A stretch of DNA of 64,000 nt from the NCBI GenBank assembly GCA_030704615.1, contig CM060733.1:11284001-11348000 (forward strand). Direction: 5' to 3'. Positions within the stretch are counted from its first letter, which is position 1. Each line of letters starts with the position of its first letter. This document shows positions 51,101 through 64,000 of the stretch, in pieces. The translations under genes and the position numbers were made by a program. The notes under the pieces are model-generated. The model was not told the DNA's origin and made no database searches. It saw nothing but the letters and a program-made list of their open reading frames with translations. Source of the stretch: Takakia lepidozioides. Lineage: Eukaryota; Plantae; Bryophyta.

Positions 51101-54100
51101 GGATGACTTTCAACTTAACTGGCATCCTTGTCTGAACTTTTAATGAGATTTCTTGTGATTTGTGGTATTATGTCATGCATGGACTTTGTTCATGTCTGTA
51201 GTGTATAAAGGTAACACGTTACATGTTGACAATGCAGAGTCATCAGCGAAAGCCACATCACAGCATCAATTTTGTGATAGCACACGATGGATTCTCCCTC
51301 TACGACCAAGTAGCCTACAACGAAAAGGTCACCATCCATTCTTGAACTGGAATACTTCAGAAGGACTATCATCTCCCTCCCCTTTGTTCCATAGGTCCTC
51401 TGTGGACAATGTCAAGTTTTTTTATTTCTTTTATCTCTTTTCTCCTCTCTCTTATTGTTCTATGTTGTAGCACGGACTTTGGACACCCATGACATTCAGT
51501 GCTTTTTACCTGTAAGCTTTTGGAGCTTCCCGCCGATGTTGGAGAGTTTCTTTCTTGCTTTCTTCTTCTTGTTTTTTCCACGGACGTTATATAGTACCAT
51601 TTCAATCATTCTTCTTCAAGGGTTTGTTGGCAGAGAGATAAAGCCTGTGTTATAGTGGGCACCCCTTATGTTGCTGTGTCTGAGCATAAGGGGGGCGCCT
51701 GACTGTGGGGTCAGTTTCACAACTTGACAGCTACACTGCATGTGCTCTGTTTGATGCATATGGGAGTCATTGGGTGCTTCACCTTAGGGCATAGACTTGC
51801 TCTCCATCACAGGCACATGTACGTCTCATCTGTGGAGCTGCCTGGCTACTCAGCTTATACTTTAAGAAATAATGGGTGGCAGCTCTGTGCATGTAAAGGT
51901 CAGTGAAATGGTATCAGCATCACTGGAACAAGGACAAGTTCTCTGGTCTTTAGCATGATGTTTGTTTGCCATGTATGGTGTGCGGTTGCGCAGCATAACT
52001 TAGCAAATGGGGAAGGAGGGAAAGATGGCAGTAATGATAACTTCAGTTGGAATTGCGGGGTTGAAGGTGTGTGTGTTGCTCTCTTTCTCCCTCAGACCCC
52101 CCTGTGGCAAAGTTCAATCATGCACCCAGGAGGCTGAAACCTCCTAACTGGCTAAGCAGGTATCCATTAATGGGTTGTGTCATAGCCAACATTTGCAGGG
52201 AACAGCCTATGAGTCCATTCCCTCCTTAAGTGCCCATCCCCTTCTTGAAGATAGAGGTAGGTGACGTCCGTGCCCTGCTGATAGAGATTTCGTAGGCCTC
52301 AGGGATAGAGTAAAATTTGTTTCCCTTCAGTATCTCAAGGGTGGACGTTCTATAGAATCAGCGGAGCAGCTTGAGGCCATCATAAGGCATCAACAGTGGA
52401 AATGTTACCCCGCACACATCTATTCTGAGCTTCTTCATCTTTGGACAAGTGGGATACAAGGACTACCTTAAGGCCTTGGCACTAGGCTGATGTTGAAACG
52501 ATGAGTTGGTTTGCGTGTTAGAGTAGTTATCCAGTGGGAAAAGGGTACCCACATGCCTCATGTGTTGAAGGAAGTGAACATTTTTTGATGCATTGGGATC
52601 TGGAGTCTTTAGAACAAGAATCCGTCTTTGAAAGAATGATACATATTGTTATGGTGCTCCTTTTGTCTCAGTTGAAGATGCTCCAGACAACCAGGAAAGC
52701 TGTGGCCCCTCCTTGGGCCTTCTGGGTTGGATACTTGCATCCATTTGTAAGAACAATTTTTAGAGAATTATGCTTGGCAGAATAAATTGACTCTGTAATG
52801 GTAAGCTTCAATACTGGAGGGAGCCTTCTTTGATAGTAGTGGGCCCGATTTGCTTATCCAGCTGCGTGTTCTCCACTAGCCCATCTTTCTATTCCATTGC
52901 AGGGTCCATACCCACAAGGCTATTGGAAGCAAACTTGCTTGCAAGGCTATTAAATTCTCTCTCCCTACCCTCATGAGAGTCCTATCAACTTGCCCGAATC
53001 ACTTGAAAACAATTTCAAAGTCTTTAGAGGTTTGATTGAACAATGGCTTGACTGAAAGCCTGCAGGGGAGACAAGTGAGGCAATTGTGAATGCTATAAGG
53101 GCTCGCCAAATGAGGAACTTCCAGCTGGCACTCATGGTGTCCCAGGTATTGTCCACATGTTTGGTGATTCTAGTATCGTCATCACTCAGGTTTAGCTTCA
53201 ACGCTTGAGACAAAATGGTTTTGATTAACACACTCAGCTATTAACAGCAATAGTCTTCTATCCAAACTGTTTTGAGACAGGTTTCCTCCCTTTCCCACTC
53301 CCTGATCTGCATCATTTTATGGTGGGAACACATCTGTATATGAATCCGTGGTGTCTAAGATGCCTCATGACAAGTTCTAGTGGAAATTTCGCAGAGGCCT
53401 ATCACATTGTGACCAGCATAAAGTGCCTCTGGTCTAGTGGCCATGCCGAGAAGTTTGTAATCCCTTGTTGCGATTATGCATCTCTCACAGCTGAAGGTGG
53501 CTGTACAGGGTACACCAATGATTCTCATGGGGGATGAGTATGGACACACACGATATGGCAATAATAATAGCTATGGCCATGACACATCCATCAACCATTT
53601 CCAGTGGACCCAGGTATTGTTTCGTTTGCTCCTCCTTTTCTGCATTCAGTCGTTGCAAGTCTCTTTAGGATGTGCCATGGCTCGGAAAGCTGTGGCCCAC
53701 TGTTGATGTTCTTCTATCTGTTATTTTTCCCTCCAGCCCTCCTACCCCGCACCTGCCTCCCTTCCTCGATTTGTGATTTCCGTTGCTCTCTCAATGTTTC
53801 TCAACGAGTTTGATAGTCCCTGCCCAACTTGGTGGAGTCTGTATTAGATAGCTCCAATATGTTTTCATGTATGGTGAACATTTGGTTGGCCTTGGTTGTA
53901 GCTGGAGGATAAGCGTGACACCCATTTTCGGTTTTTCTCCAAGTCCATCCATTTTCGTCGGGAACATCCTCTTCTTGGGCGCAACTCTTTCCTCACTGAG
54001 GTATGTGAAATGGTAACTCTGAACCCAGTCATTTCTTTTCCATAAGTTGGACATTTTGTTGAAGGGATTCCAGTTGGGTGAGACACATCCGTGTTCTCAC

Positions 54101-55193
54101 TGCAGGGTTCTGTTCATTTGAGATCCTGGAGTGTCTTTTTATAAAGGATGACTTTTGATGGAGATGCAGCCACATTCTCTGGTTTGATGCTGCTCATGAC
54201 CATTGAAGGGACTAGGTATTGAAATTTGAATGAGACCGATGGGAGGTGGACTATGCAGGCTGACATAACATGGCATGAAACCAACTGGGACAATCCTGAC
54301 AGCCGCTTTCTTGCTTTCTCGTAAGTATATCGTTCCCTGGTCTCCACTCATGAACTGCTTAGTCCATATTGAGATCTCATGTTGTTGTTGTCAGATCATG
54401 GCAGTCTACACTTGATATATGGTGCAAGGCTTTTCCATTATTTCCAGTTTCTTCCTAAAAGCTTGTAGGAGAGATACAGTCAACCCTGGTTTTTGTGACA
54501 GTTTAAGTGTTGATCTTGATAAGGGGTTTGGTTGAGTTTTAATCCTGTTTGTGCTACTCTATCAAGAGGTTAAGGGTTGGCCTGGCTTGGGGTCGAAAGG
54601 TTGCATGAGGGCAGCATAGGAGGGGGAGACCTGTATGCAGCATTCAATGCGCACAGCTACTTTGTAAAGGCTGTCTTACCACTTCCTCCACCTGGCAAAC
54701 AATGGTACCGAGTGGTGAGTGTATCCATCCCATTAGCTCTTTGCGGAGGAAGCAGTATATCTAGACCAGTGGTAGTACATATATTTGATATATTTGATCC
54801 TTGCACATTACATGGACTCGCATTTAACAATATCTTTGAAATTGTCAGTTTAAATGTACCTGTCAGAATTGCTGATACTGTGCTTGAGGAATAGTGTTCC
54901 AGTGACTCTACTTCAAGCAGTGGTCAGAGTGTGAGTTTCAGCATCTAAGGGGAATCCTAGAGGGCAGATTGGCACTGGTAACAACTGCCAGCTGCTGATT
55001 GTTTCACCTTGAAGGTATTTGGTTAGTTGTTCCAATGATTCATGTGTTTACTCATTCGACTCTTGTTGTATGGATGCAGGTCGACACAAATCTTCCATCT
55101 CCAGATGACTTTGTTGAGGAGGGTGTGGTTGGTTTAGAGCCCCACTACAATGTGGCACCTTTTTCCTCAATTTTGCTTCATGCCAACCCTTAA
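45138..55193 (+). CDS. ISA3: Isoamylase 3 (GH13 starch-debranching enzyme), >=19 exons; 5' transit-peptide exons (~44.2-44.8 kb) not resolved
   Basis: Exon peptides: [11 protein letters not shown]; [13 protein letters not shown]; [13 protein letters not shown]; [41 protein letters not shown]; [12 protein letters not shown]; catalytic [11 protein letters not shown]; IAEPWDCGG; NFVIAHDGF; [26 protein letters not shown]; stop at 55193. The RRPNPRDHM and NNSYGHD signatures indicate ISA3 rather than ISA1 or ISA2. Confidence 0.93.
47145..47368 (-). mobile_element. Two tandem short 3'-end fragments of the LINE family, in an ISA3 intron
   Basis: Copies at 47145-47252 and 47264-47368, each bordered by GA-rich tracts. 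Confidence 0.8.
48843..49108 (+). repeat. ~135-bp tandem duplication that includes an exon end and its splice donor in ISA3
   Basis: gggggctgtg|gtaactcttccatgatacagacatgcac at both 48843 and 48980, with aligned downstream sequence. Confidence 0.85.
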
Positions 55194-58100
55194 GAAATTT
55201 TCGTTATTTCTCTCCTTGTACTCCTTCATGTTAATTAAGACAGACTGTAAACAATGTGTCAAAGAAAGAGGGATGATTCGGGAAGGCAGATTGGCAGGGG
55301 AGAGACAAAAGTCAAGAACATGTCTTCGGAGTTGCATTTTAGGATGCGAAAGAGTGAGGTGTGGTGGAGCTGATGCTCCATTAGCAGGTGCTTTGGGACC
55401 TCAAAAGCAAGACAAACTGGAAAGAAACATTGCGTTGTTATCAATTGTAATAATCTTCCTAGTATAATTGTTTGTGTATAGCTTTTGGTTTTTTGCTATT
55501 CTATGGTGGTAGATTTGGGTCAAAGAAATGAGAGGATAAGGAGGATGAACGAGTATTAGATCTTTTGGAATCTGAAAATGCCCTTGCCAGTAGCTGGTGA
55601 TGAGCATCCTCAAGTCAATGCATTTGCTCCCCTAAATTTATCAGTTTGTTCTACTGCATCTCAGAAGCAAGGACTTTTTATCTCTGCTGGAACAGTGATG
55701 TGGAGACGTGGACAGTGTAAGTTGCTTTTCGAGTCTTGTATACAAGTGTTTGCCTAATCATTCCTAGTGACGCTTGCCATCTAACAGCTTCGGTCAACCC
55801 TTATACTAAGTCTTAGGACAATAGGGCCATTAATTTTGAGAAGAGATTGTCCTTGCTAACAAGATACATATGGTCTCAAAATGTGTCCAAATGTCAGGAA
55901 AATCGTGTAATGTGACCACTGCTTCCTTGAATTGAACTGAATGGTATATTTCATGGTTTTGTAATCTACATCCTCTATATGCCCATTCAAACCTGGTCAT
56001 TCAAATTTTTGGTGTTGACGTGTTAACCCCTAAATGTCTAAGCAGCCACCCAACTTAGTGGCCTCATGGTTTCACTTCAACACAAAGTTTTTGATGGGTT
56101 CGCAATGGAATTTCCAAAGAGATGGCCCTGCAGATGTGATCAAGGTCTCCAGTCTCCACCCCTACCACCAATCTGGCCTTGCTATGTAAGCAGTCAACCC
56201 AGCCTGTCCATGCCACCCCAAATTCTAATGAGCTGGTTTTCTGAAACTCCTAACTTTGGACAGTAAAATGGATGCTTTTATTTGGAGCATTTCTAACATG
56301 TCATATACTTTAAGAAGGCTGAGTCAGACTTCAGACTACATACTCCTAAAGAAGGCGCAAGTTTTCTTGCCCCTTGGATGGGAGTCACCCGATTTCGGCA
56401 CTGCGCAAACACACGATTAAACCAATTTACCTCTCCCACTTTTGTAAACTAGCATGCATTCTACACACTAGCCAACCACACCATGCATCACCATTCCAAA
56501 CAAAATAGGACGCACAACATTTGGAACCCATTTCCTTTATAACAAATTTTTGTGCAATACAAGTTTTTGCAATCGGATTCCTAAGCTAGCTAAGCCGGGC
56601 TAAGCATGCATTTCCTCCCCCACGCTCCAAGGTTGATGTCCCCATTAACGCTTCTTCCGCTTTTGAGGTCGCCCTTCGAAAACTGCAACCGCCTCGGATG
56701 CGTTTCCCATTTCTGAGGCACGTACCCAAGATGCCTCCACATGATGATAGCCCTTCCATTTGACGAGATACTCCGTTTCTCGGTTCTTGAACCTCCTCGA
56801 CTTAAGTACTGCCTCCACCTCGTACTCAGGTTCATTTTCATGATCCAACAGCACAGGTGGCGGACGCAACACTTGATGCCGATTCGGACGCGCTTCATCT
56901 TTGAAGTAAGGCTTCAAAAGGGAGACGTGGAATACTGGATGCACCTTGCTGTTTGCCAGCAACTCCAATTCATACACATCCTCATTCATAACCTTCCGGA
57001 TGCGAAAGGGTCCCGCATACGGAGATACGAACTTTGGACTCACTTCCGAAGGTAGTCGGAAATTCTTGATGTTCAACCAGACCTCCGTGCCTGCCTCAAA
57101 CTTCACTTCCCTCCGCTTCCGATTCGTCTGCCTTTCATACCGTTTCCTAGCTTTGGCAATGTTGTAATTTGCGAGCTTCAACAAACGCTCGCGTTCTTCC
57201 AGTACTGCCGCTACTGCCGGTTCCTCAACGTCCTGGGCGGCCCAACTTATCGGCACCAGAGGTGTTTTTCCATAGACCAATACGAAAGGGGAAACTCCCG
57301 TTGCGGAGTGTTCTGTGTTATTATAACAGAATTCTGCCGCGTCTAAGTGTTCCACCCAGTCTGTTTGGTCTGCCGACATGTAATTCCGCAAGATCTGCTT
57401 CACTACGGAATTCACTCTTTCCGTTTGGCCGTCGGAAGGCGGTGCTCATCTTCAGCCTCGTCCTCATCTTCTTCCAAAGTGCCCTCCAAAATTTACTCGT
57501 AAACTTTGGATCGCGGTCCGAGACAATATCCTTCGAGACTCCATGATGCTTTAAGACATGGGCGAAGTAAAGTCGTCATGTTTCCTGCGCCGTTGCCGTC
57601 TCCTTGGTGAGGATGGAATGGCCCATTTTACTGAACCTATCCACCACCACCATGATTACATCGAATCCTTTTGACAACGGCATAACAGTCATGAAATCCA
57701 TCGAGACACTTTTCCAAGTCCCCTTTGGAATCGGCAAGGGTTGTAACAGCCCCGCTTGCTTTTTGTACTCACTCCGGTTTTGTTGGCATGTGGTGCATGT
57801 CTTGACATACTCCTCTGCCTCCTCCCTCAGTTTGGGCCAGAAATACTCTTTCTTCAAGAGTGCCGCAGTGCGTTTGGCTCCGCCGTGGCTCGCAAGCGGG
57901 CTATCATGGCATTCCCTCAAGAGGCTATCTCTGATCCCTCCCTTCGGCACGTAGAGACGCTTTTGCTTATACTGGAGCAGTCCATTTTGCAAGTGGAACT
58001 GTGATTTAACCCCCATCCTCAAGTCGGACTTCGCCAGCTCATTCTTCTGGCAAGCCTTCCAGATCTTCCTTTGGAGCGTCGTCTCGCCCCTGTACACCAA

Positions 58101-61100
58101 CATGAGCTGCTGCTTTTTACTTAAAGCATCGGCCACCACGTTGTCTCGTCCCGGTTTGTACTGGATATCCACGTCGAACACCGCCAAAGTATCTTGTCAC
58201 CTAAGTTGTTTTGGGGACAACTTGGGCTGCGTGGCAAAATACTTCACCGTGACATTGTCCGTGAACACCTTCACTGGGTTGGAACCAACATAGTGGCGCC
58301 AAAGCTCAAGACAGTGCACCACCGCCTTTATCTCTTTCTCGTGCGTAGGCCACCGTCGTTCCACTTCATTCAGTTTCTTACTTTCGTAAGCCACTGGACG
58401 TCCATCTTGCATCAGTACACCCCCAATCGCGAAGTCTGATGCATCTGTATGAATCTCGAATGGACGATCGAACTCCGGGATTTTCAAGACTAGAGCTTCC
58501 GCCATCCGCTGCTTCAATTCAGCAAAAGTTTGGCCACAAAAGGTGTTTCATGAGGAAGGATCGCACTCCCGGGACCGAAGTCGGAGGCTCCCAGTCCAAG
58601 ATTGCCCTCACCTTCCTGTCATCCATTCTGATCCCATCCTGTGTAATCACATGCCCCAGGAACTCCACTTTTGTGACCCCGAATTCGCACTTTGAAGCTT
58701 TGGCATACAGCTTCCCTTCCCGCAATTTCTGGAACACCCTTTTGAGGTGCTCCAGGTGCTCCTCTTTTGTTTTCGAATATACCAAGATGTCGTCGATGTA
58801 CACGATCACAAAGTCATCCAACCATTCCTGGAAAAGGCTATTCATCAGCGTGCTAAAGGTCGCGGGAGCGTTGGTGAGTCCAAAAGGCATCACCAAGAAC
58901 TCATATGAACCATACCTTGTCCTGCACGCGGTCTTCTCCTCATCTCCTTCCGCCACTCGAATTTGATGATAGCCGGAGCGCAGATCGATCCGGCTGAAAT
59001 ACTTCGCTCCTGCCAACCGATCGAAAAGGTCGTCGATCCTTGGCAAATGGTACCGGTTTTTTATAGTTACCTTATTCAAAGCCCTATAATCGACACGCAT
59101 CCGCAACGTATCCTTCTTGTCTGCGAATAGCACCGGGGCTCCGTAAGGTGACTTACTCGGCCGGATGTACCCCTTTGACATTAGATCTTTGAGCTGAGTC
59201 TTCAGCTCGACCAACTCTCTGTGGCTCAACCGGTAGGGCGCCCTGGCAGGCAGTTCCGATCCCGGTATCACCTCAATCTTGTGGTCAACTCCTCTTCGCG
59301 GTGGCAAGCCGCTTGGTAAATCCTCCGGCATCACATCCTGGTATTTCTCCAAAATCCCCTTGATCCAATCTGGGCTCGGCTCCCCATCGCCTTCTCCCTT
59401 CACTTCTCTAATGTAGAGCAAAAATTGGGGCTCGTGTGCCTCCTCCACGGCCCACTCACTTGCTGACATGAGGTTTATTCGCCCTCCCACGGGTTTGGGC
59501 ATTTCCGACACTCGTAAGACCTCGCCACCATTCCCACATGGCAGCGTAACTACTCTCTTGCGGTCATCTATGACCGCTCCGGATTTGCTCAAAAAGGTCA
59601 TCCCCAAAATGAGATCCACTCCATCGATCTCGCAGATGGTGAAGTTCTCACGTCCCTCCCAACTCCCCAGTTGAAGAGGAACATCAAACGCCAACCTTGT
59701 CGCCAATTACGGTTCTCCTTTGGCAGAACGCACCTCAATAGAGGCCCCCACGTCACTTGTCGGGAGTCCCAGCTTTTGCGCCGTTGCCGGTGTCATGAAG
59801 GAGTGCGACGCTCCTGTGTCCACCAACAACGACACGTTAGTTCCGGATATTATCCCATCCACGAACAATAACTGACTCCCTTTACGTAAGGCGTCAGTTT
59901 CCTAATACAACTCACAAGAAAATTTGCCTACCTTGCAAGTCTTGGCGACCACCGCTTCCACCAAGCGACTGATGGTATCTTCCGACAGCTCTGTGGTTGC
60001 CCGAGTTATGTTCAATTGCCGGGGCTTCGTGCACTTCTTGGCCATGTGCCCGGGCTCCCCGCAATTGAAACACACTCCATCAAAGGTCGCCTTCTGTCCG
60101 CCATAGGCCGTTCCACCCGCTTTTCCTTTCAAAGCACCGGGTGCCGCCTTGACTTGTGAAGGCCCTCCCTTCGATTTTCCACGTGCCATTGTCGTCGCGT
60201 GGCCTATCCCACTTCTTTTCCGGTCGGAATGAGTCACCTTCCTGCCGGGTCTTCTTGTGGTTCAGCTCCGTACGGCCTTGTCTTTCACCCTTAGGGACAT
60301 CCGAGAAACATTCAGCCCTCTCAATTGCCTCGTTCAAAGTCTTAGGTGGCTTCTCCTCCAATTTCCGCCTGGCCCATGGGGCCAGTCCCGCCACAAAGTT
60401 GAAGACCATTTTTGGTTCTGCCATGTCCGCGACTTCGAGCAACAGCACATTGAAAGCCTAGACAGATCCCCGAATGTCATCTGTTTGCTTCAAATTCCTC
60501 ATCTTGTCCCGGGCGAGCCAGGACGCGTTGAGGGGCACAAACTACCTCTTCATCAATTCCTTGAACCCACTCCAGTTCAAGGTTTCCGGGCTTGGACCTC
60601 GGTTGTGAAGGCGTTTCTGCCACCATTGTTGAGGATAGCCCCTCAAATAGGTGGGAGCCACTTCCACCCGATCCTCGTCACTCAACTTGGCCACTCGGAA
60701 GTACTGCTCTAGCTCCAAGAGCCAGGTGTTGAGTGCCTTCCGATTTCGGACGCCCTCGAAGGTGTCGGGTTCCTTAGGCTTCACCTTAAACTTTGCCTTA
60801 GGGGAAGTAGCCGCCTTCAACACGTCTTTCAACGTCCCACCAAATTGCGCCAACAACCCTCCCCAAAAGGCTGCCGGCATGGGAGGCATCGTCGGAGCTC
60901 TCAGGGATTCCTCAGGCTCCGACTCCTCAGATTCCTCCCGCTCTTGAGCGGCCTCGTTTTCGGAAACATGCATCGCTTCCTCAAACGGCCGCCTTGGTGA
61001 CACGTCGCCCCCATCCGGCTCACTAGGATCATCATCTTTTGGGCCGTTCCGCTTTCGCTTTGGCTTGCCCGACCCCATGATGAGGCCAATCCCAAGGACG

Positions 61101-61119
61101 ATCGCGTACTGAACTCTAA

Positions 61120-61131
61120 GCTCTGATACCA
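61120..61131 (-). other. Primer binding site complementary to initiator tRNA-Met
   Basis: TGGTATCAGAGC on -, 2 nt inside the LTR end. Confidence 0.9.
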
Positions 61132-61133
61132 AG

Positions 61134-61857
61134 TGTCGCGCACCTCACTTCGGTAAGCTCCCCCCTCAAGTCATAATTACTCGCTTGATGCGCGCGCCTA
61201 ACTCCCAACCTGGCCGCCCGGCCAACTTGGAGCTCCGGCTGCTCACCGGGGCATAACGGTCCCCCTTTGATCTCCCAAAGAACCCTCCAACGATTTGGAA
61301 CCAGCGGAATTCCCTTTGGTAGTTGGCAGTCCGGAACAGCTCCCCACTCTTTGGTCGCTTTCCGGCTCGCTCGCTTACTCACTAGTTTTTGGTCACCAAC
61401 GGGCTTGCACCGTTCTCGGGGTTACTACTCCCTATATATACTTCTGTAGCTGTCCACGGGGGTTTCACAAACAACCATGCCATTTTATGGCGAACCACCA
61501 CGAACACCCTCGACTCCCGATGATGAGTCGCGGTGAGTCTTGGCCCACCCACCACAGCCCCTATGGACCGTGATGAGTCCCAAGACTCCCCAGGACTCCC
61601 ACCACGAGGTCTCCGCCCCAGGGTGAGTCCTATGTCACCCCCACTAAGTCCCGCTAAGCTACCACCACCCCTTGTGGAGCCACCCCCACCGCAACCCGGT
61701 GTGCGGGCTCCACCTAGTGAGCGCCTCCGCCTCCTTGAGTGCCTTGGGCACTCAAGGGTGCTTCAGCCCCCCATACCTATCGTTGCCACTACCCCCACCA
61801 CAGGGGCAGCCCCTCTTGTGTCTCGACCCCCTGCCCTCAAGGCAAAGGGCCGCGACA
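61134..61857 (-). repeat. 5' LTR (724 bp) of the chromovirus
   Basis: Bounded by the inverted termini TGTCGCG (61134) and CGCGACA (61851-61857). It is adjacent to the PBS and has a TATATATA box at ~61433-61440. Confidence 0.88.
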
Positions 61858-63231
61858 GAAAACCAACAAGGTGAAGTCGGTCATCCGTACCGTATTGAGA
61901 GAGTATAGCGCCAAGTGCAAAGTTTGATGCATCTGTTTCCAAAAAGAATGGTTTAGATGGGTCTGCATGTATCAATATTGGTGCCGTTGTAAATGTCTGC
62001 TTCAGCCTTTCAAATGTCTGATCAGCTTTCTCGTCCCATACAAATTTGTCCTTCCCTGTGAGTCGTGTCAATGGTGTAGCAATCTTGGAGTAGTCATTGA
62101 TGAAGATTCTAAGAAATTTACAAATCCCAGAAAACATTGTAGATCTCGGACCGAAGTTGGTTTAATCCACTCGATGATGGTTTATATTTTCTTCTGATCC
62201 ATAAAGACGCCTTTGTCGGAAATAATGTAGCCCAGAAATTCGACCTCAGATTGATGGAAAAGACATTTTTTCAACTTGGCATATAGTCCTTTTTCTCAAG
62301 TACCTTTGTCTGTTGTGGTCTTGATCGGAGTCGCATAAAATGAAAATGTCGCATTCTTTTTGGTAGCTCTCATGCAAGCTCTAGCTCCAAGGAAAAGGGG
62401 TTGAATACCTTTGATATTTCTACATTTTTGTCTTGCAAAAAATTTCGCGATCGCCAGTCGATGTAAAGATTGTGAAGTACGAACCAGAGAAGTCCAAGGA
62501 TTACAAGATTTGTTGAAGACTGGATGACGTTGAAAACAATATGTGATGTTTGATCTTCAAGCTTCACTTCAAGTGGTCGAGTTTCATGGTCAACATTTCC
62601 TGATGCTAACGGTCGTCCATCAATGACTTCAATGGGGGCCAAGAGTTTCTTCTTTACGAGCTTTAAATTGTGTTGTTTCGCAAAGTTTTTGTCAATAAAA
62701 CATGTTGAAGCCCCCGAGTCCAAAAGTGCTTCTATAGAGATATCTCGATTTTGCACTCTGATTTTTATCGGAATTATGAAGCAAGGTGCAGGGTCTGGAG
62801 GTAGAAAGAGACCTATTTTTTGTGAGAAATTTGTGGTGTCCAGCCGCATAGCCCTACTGTGACTGAACATCTTCGTTTTCCGACCTCCTTGTATCAAACA
62901 CTTGAGTTGCGCCCCGAACTTTGAATCTTTTCTTGTTGGGGCAGTTTAATGCTATGTGATCTTCTTCTCCGTAATAGAGGCATAATCCATTCGAGCGTCT
63001 TCAACAACTTGTATGGTTGAAGATCCATTGTTCGATTATTTTAACTCTGAAATTTGTTGTTGGAAATTGTAGAGAGCGTTGCCAAGATCTTGAGACTGAT
63101 CAGCTTGTAATTGGGCGGTAGAGGTACGAAGTTATTGCATCTGGAGCTGAAGACTCTTCAATGTGGCGACCATTTCCGCAAATGTGTCTTCCATCTTAAC
63201 TAACTAAGGAACAAACTTAGTCCCGCCAAAC
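61858..63231 (-). mobile_element. Older, internally deleted Ty3/Gypsy element (Tcn1-like), interrupted in RNase H by the chromovirus
   Basis: gag start MEDTFAEM (~63194) with a degenerate knuckle CLYYGEEDHIALNC; protease ALLDSGASTCF; RT end VEFLGYII; RNase H ETDASNFALGAILSQ...HLVGF, cut exactly at 61858. Confidence 0.85.
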
Positions 63232-63856
63232 TGTCAAGGACGAGAACATGACTGAATACAAACAAGAAATCAGACTAGAGGTACAAGACTAGACAAGAAG
63301 TCAAGGTCAGCGTGACCGAATGCATGATGTGTAAACATAATCAAGATGATCTTTATAACAATGGACAAGAGTACAAGATACTGGAACTCGACTTGAATAT
63401 TGGAATGTTGGAAACTGGACTATAGTGCCAGATACTTGTAGAATGGACCCCTCCAACGGACTACAGGGTGGGTGGACCCTCGAGCAGGCGACTGGATTGT
63501 CCAATGGACACTTTTGGTGGACCCGATGGATAGATAGTGGGCTTGTGAGGTGACCCCATGGGCAGTACTGGCAGGGCCATATGCGCATTGAAGACCCTAT
63601 TATCTTAAAAAAAAAACCATTGATAACCTGCAGATAGAATTATTTTTACTATTGATAATCGATGGGTATTAAATTTTAAAATTTGCTTAATAACTGGGAC
63701 GGGAGAGTCGGTATAGGATTTGCAAACTTAATTTTGTAATATCCGGAACCCGTAGTTATAATTAAAAACTGATAATCGCCCAACAGTGGTCATGAGACGT
63801 CACCATCCACGCGTCCATCACCATCCAAATTGTATTCCTCAAGATTTATGTTGACA
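63232..63856 (-). repeat. Possible 5' LTR of the older Gypsy element
   Basis: TGTCAA at 63232 lies just upstream of gag and TTGACA at 63851-63856. The inverted match is only 6 bp, so the outer boundary is uncertain. Confidence 0.3.
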
Positions 63857-64000
63857 AACGTAGCGACGTGGGGTGTGAAGACCATCTCTCACATTCTAGC
63901 GACGACCGAAGGTCGGAAGCTAGTTTAGCATAGAGCAGGATTAGGGTGCTATAGTGCCACGTCATCAATTTCTTTGGAATCTGCCTAGACAGCCCGCGCG

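Larger units (their letters stand above)
56590..61857 (-). mobile_element. Ty3/Gypsy chromovirus LTR retrotransposon (gag-PR-RT-RH-IN-chromo), frameshifted; 3' LTR missing
   Basis: gag with CFNCGEPGHMAKKC; protease LLVDTGASHSF (~59.8k); [11 protein letters not shown]; RNase H TDASDFAIGGVL; integrase HHCC zinc finger and GPF motif; chromodomain EYEVEAVL...YLVKWKGY. PBS and 5' LTR are present. A PPT-like GTGGGGGAGGAAA lies at ~56611-56623. Confidence 0.95.

Overview
Intron-rich eukaryotic DNA, most likely from a non-seed land plant (inferred from ISA3, a PSPG-box UGT, ELMOD, CNR/PLAC8 and chromoviral Ty3/Gypsy elements). Four host genes look intact where their exons could be traced: NUF2 (+, 17.3-22.3 kb), PLAC8/CNR (-, 26.8-28.7 kb), ELMOD (-, 30.2-37.7 kb) and isoamylase ISA3 (+, ~45.1-55.2 kb). 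There is also a UGT pseudogene fragment and many transposons: a tRNA-derived SINE family, a (GA/TC)n-associated LINE family, and nested Ty3/Gypsy elements. The standout is the first ~9.9 kb, which appears to be one DNA transposon. It carries a Mutator-type DDE transposase (-) divergently paired with a spliced gene (+) encoding an N-terminal ParB/Srx-like domain and a C-terminal beta-class N4C/N6A DNA-methyltransferase-like domain. Two introns of that gene hold arrays of a conserved 22-26 bp palindrome (GTGAATGTCGT-TG-ACGACATTCAC), which suggests a parS-like cis site. Both genes carry frameshifts in this copy. A second highlight is a truncated Fanzor1-like N-terminus fused in frame to a gag-like relic at 24.4-25.7 kb. 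All family assignments come from motif recognition by eye; no database searches were run.
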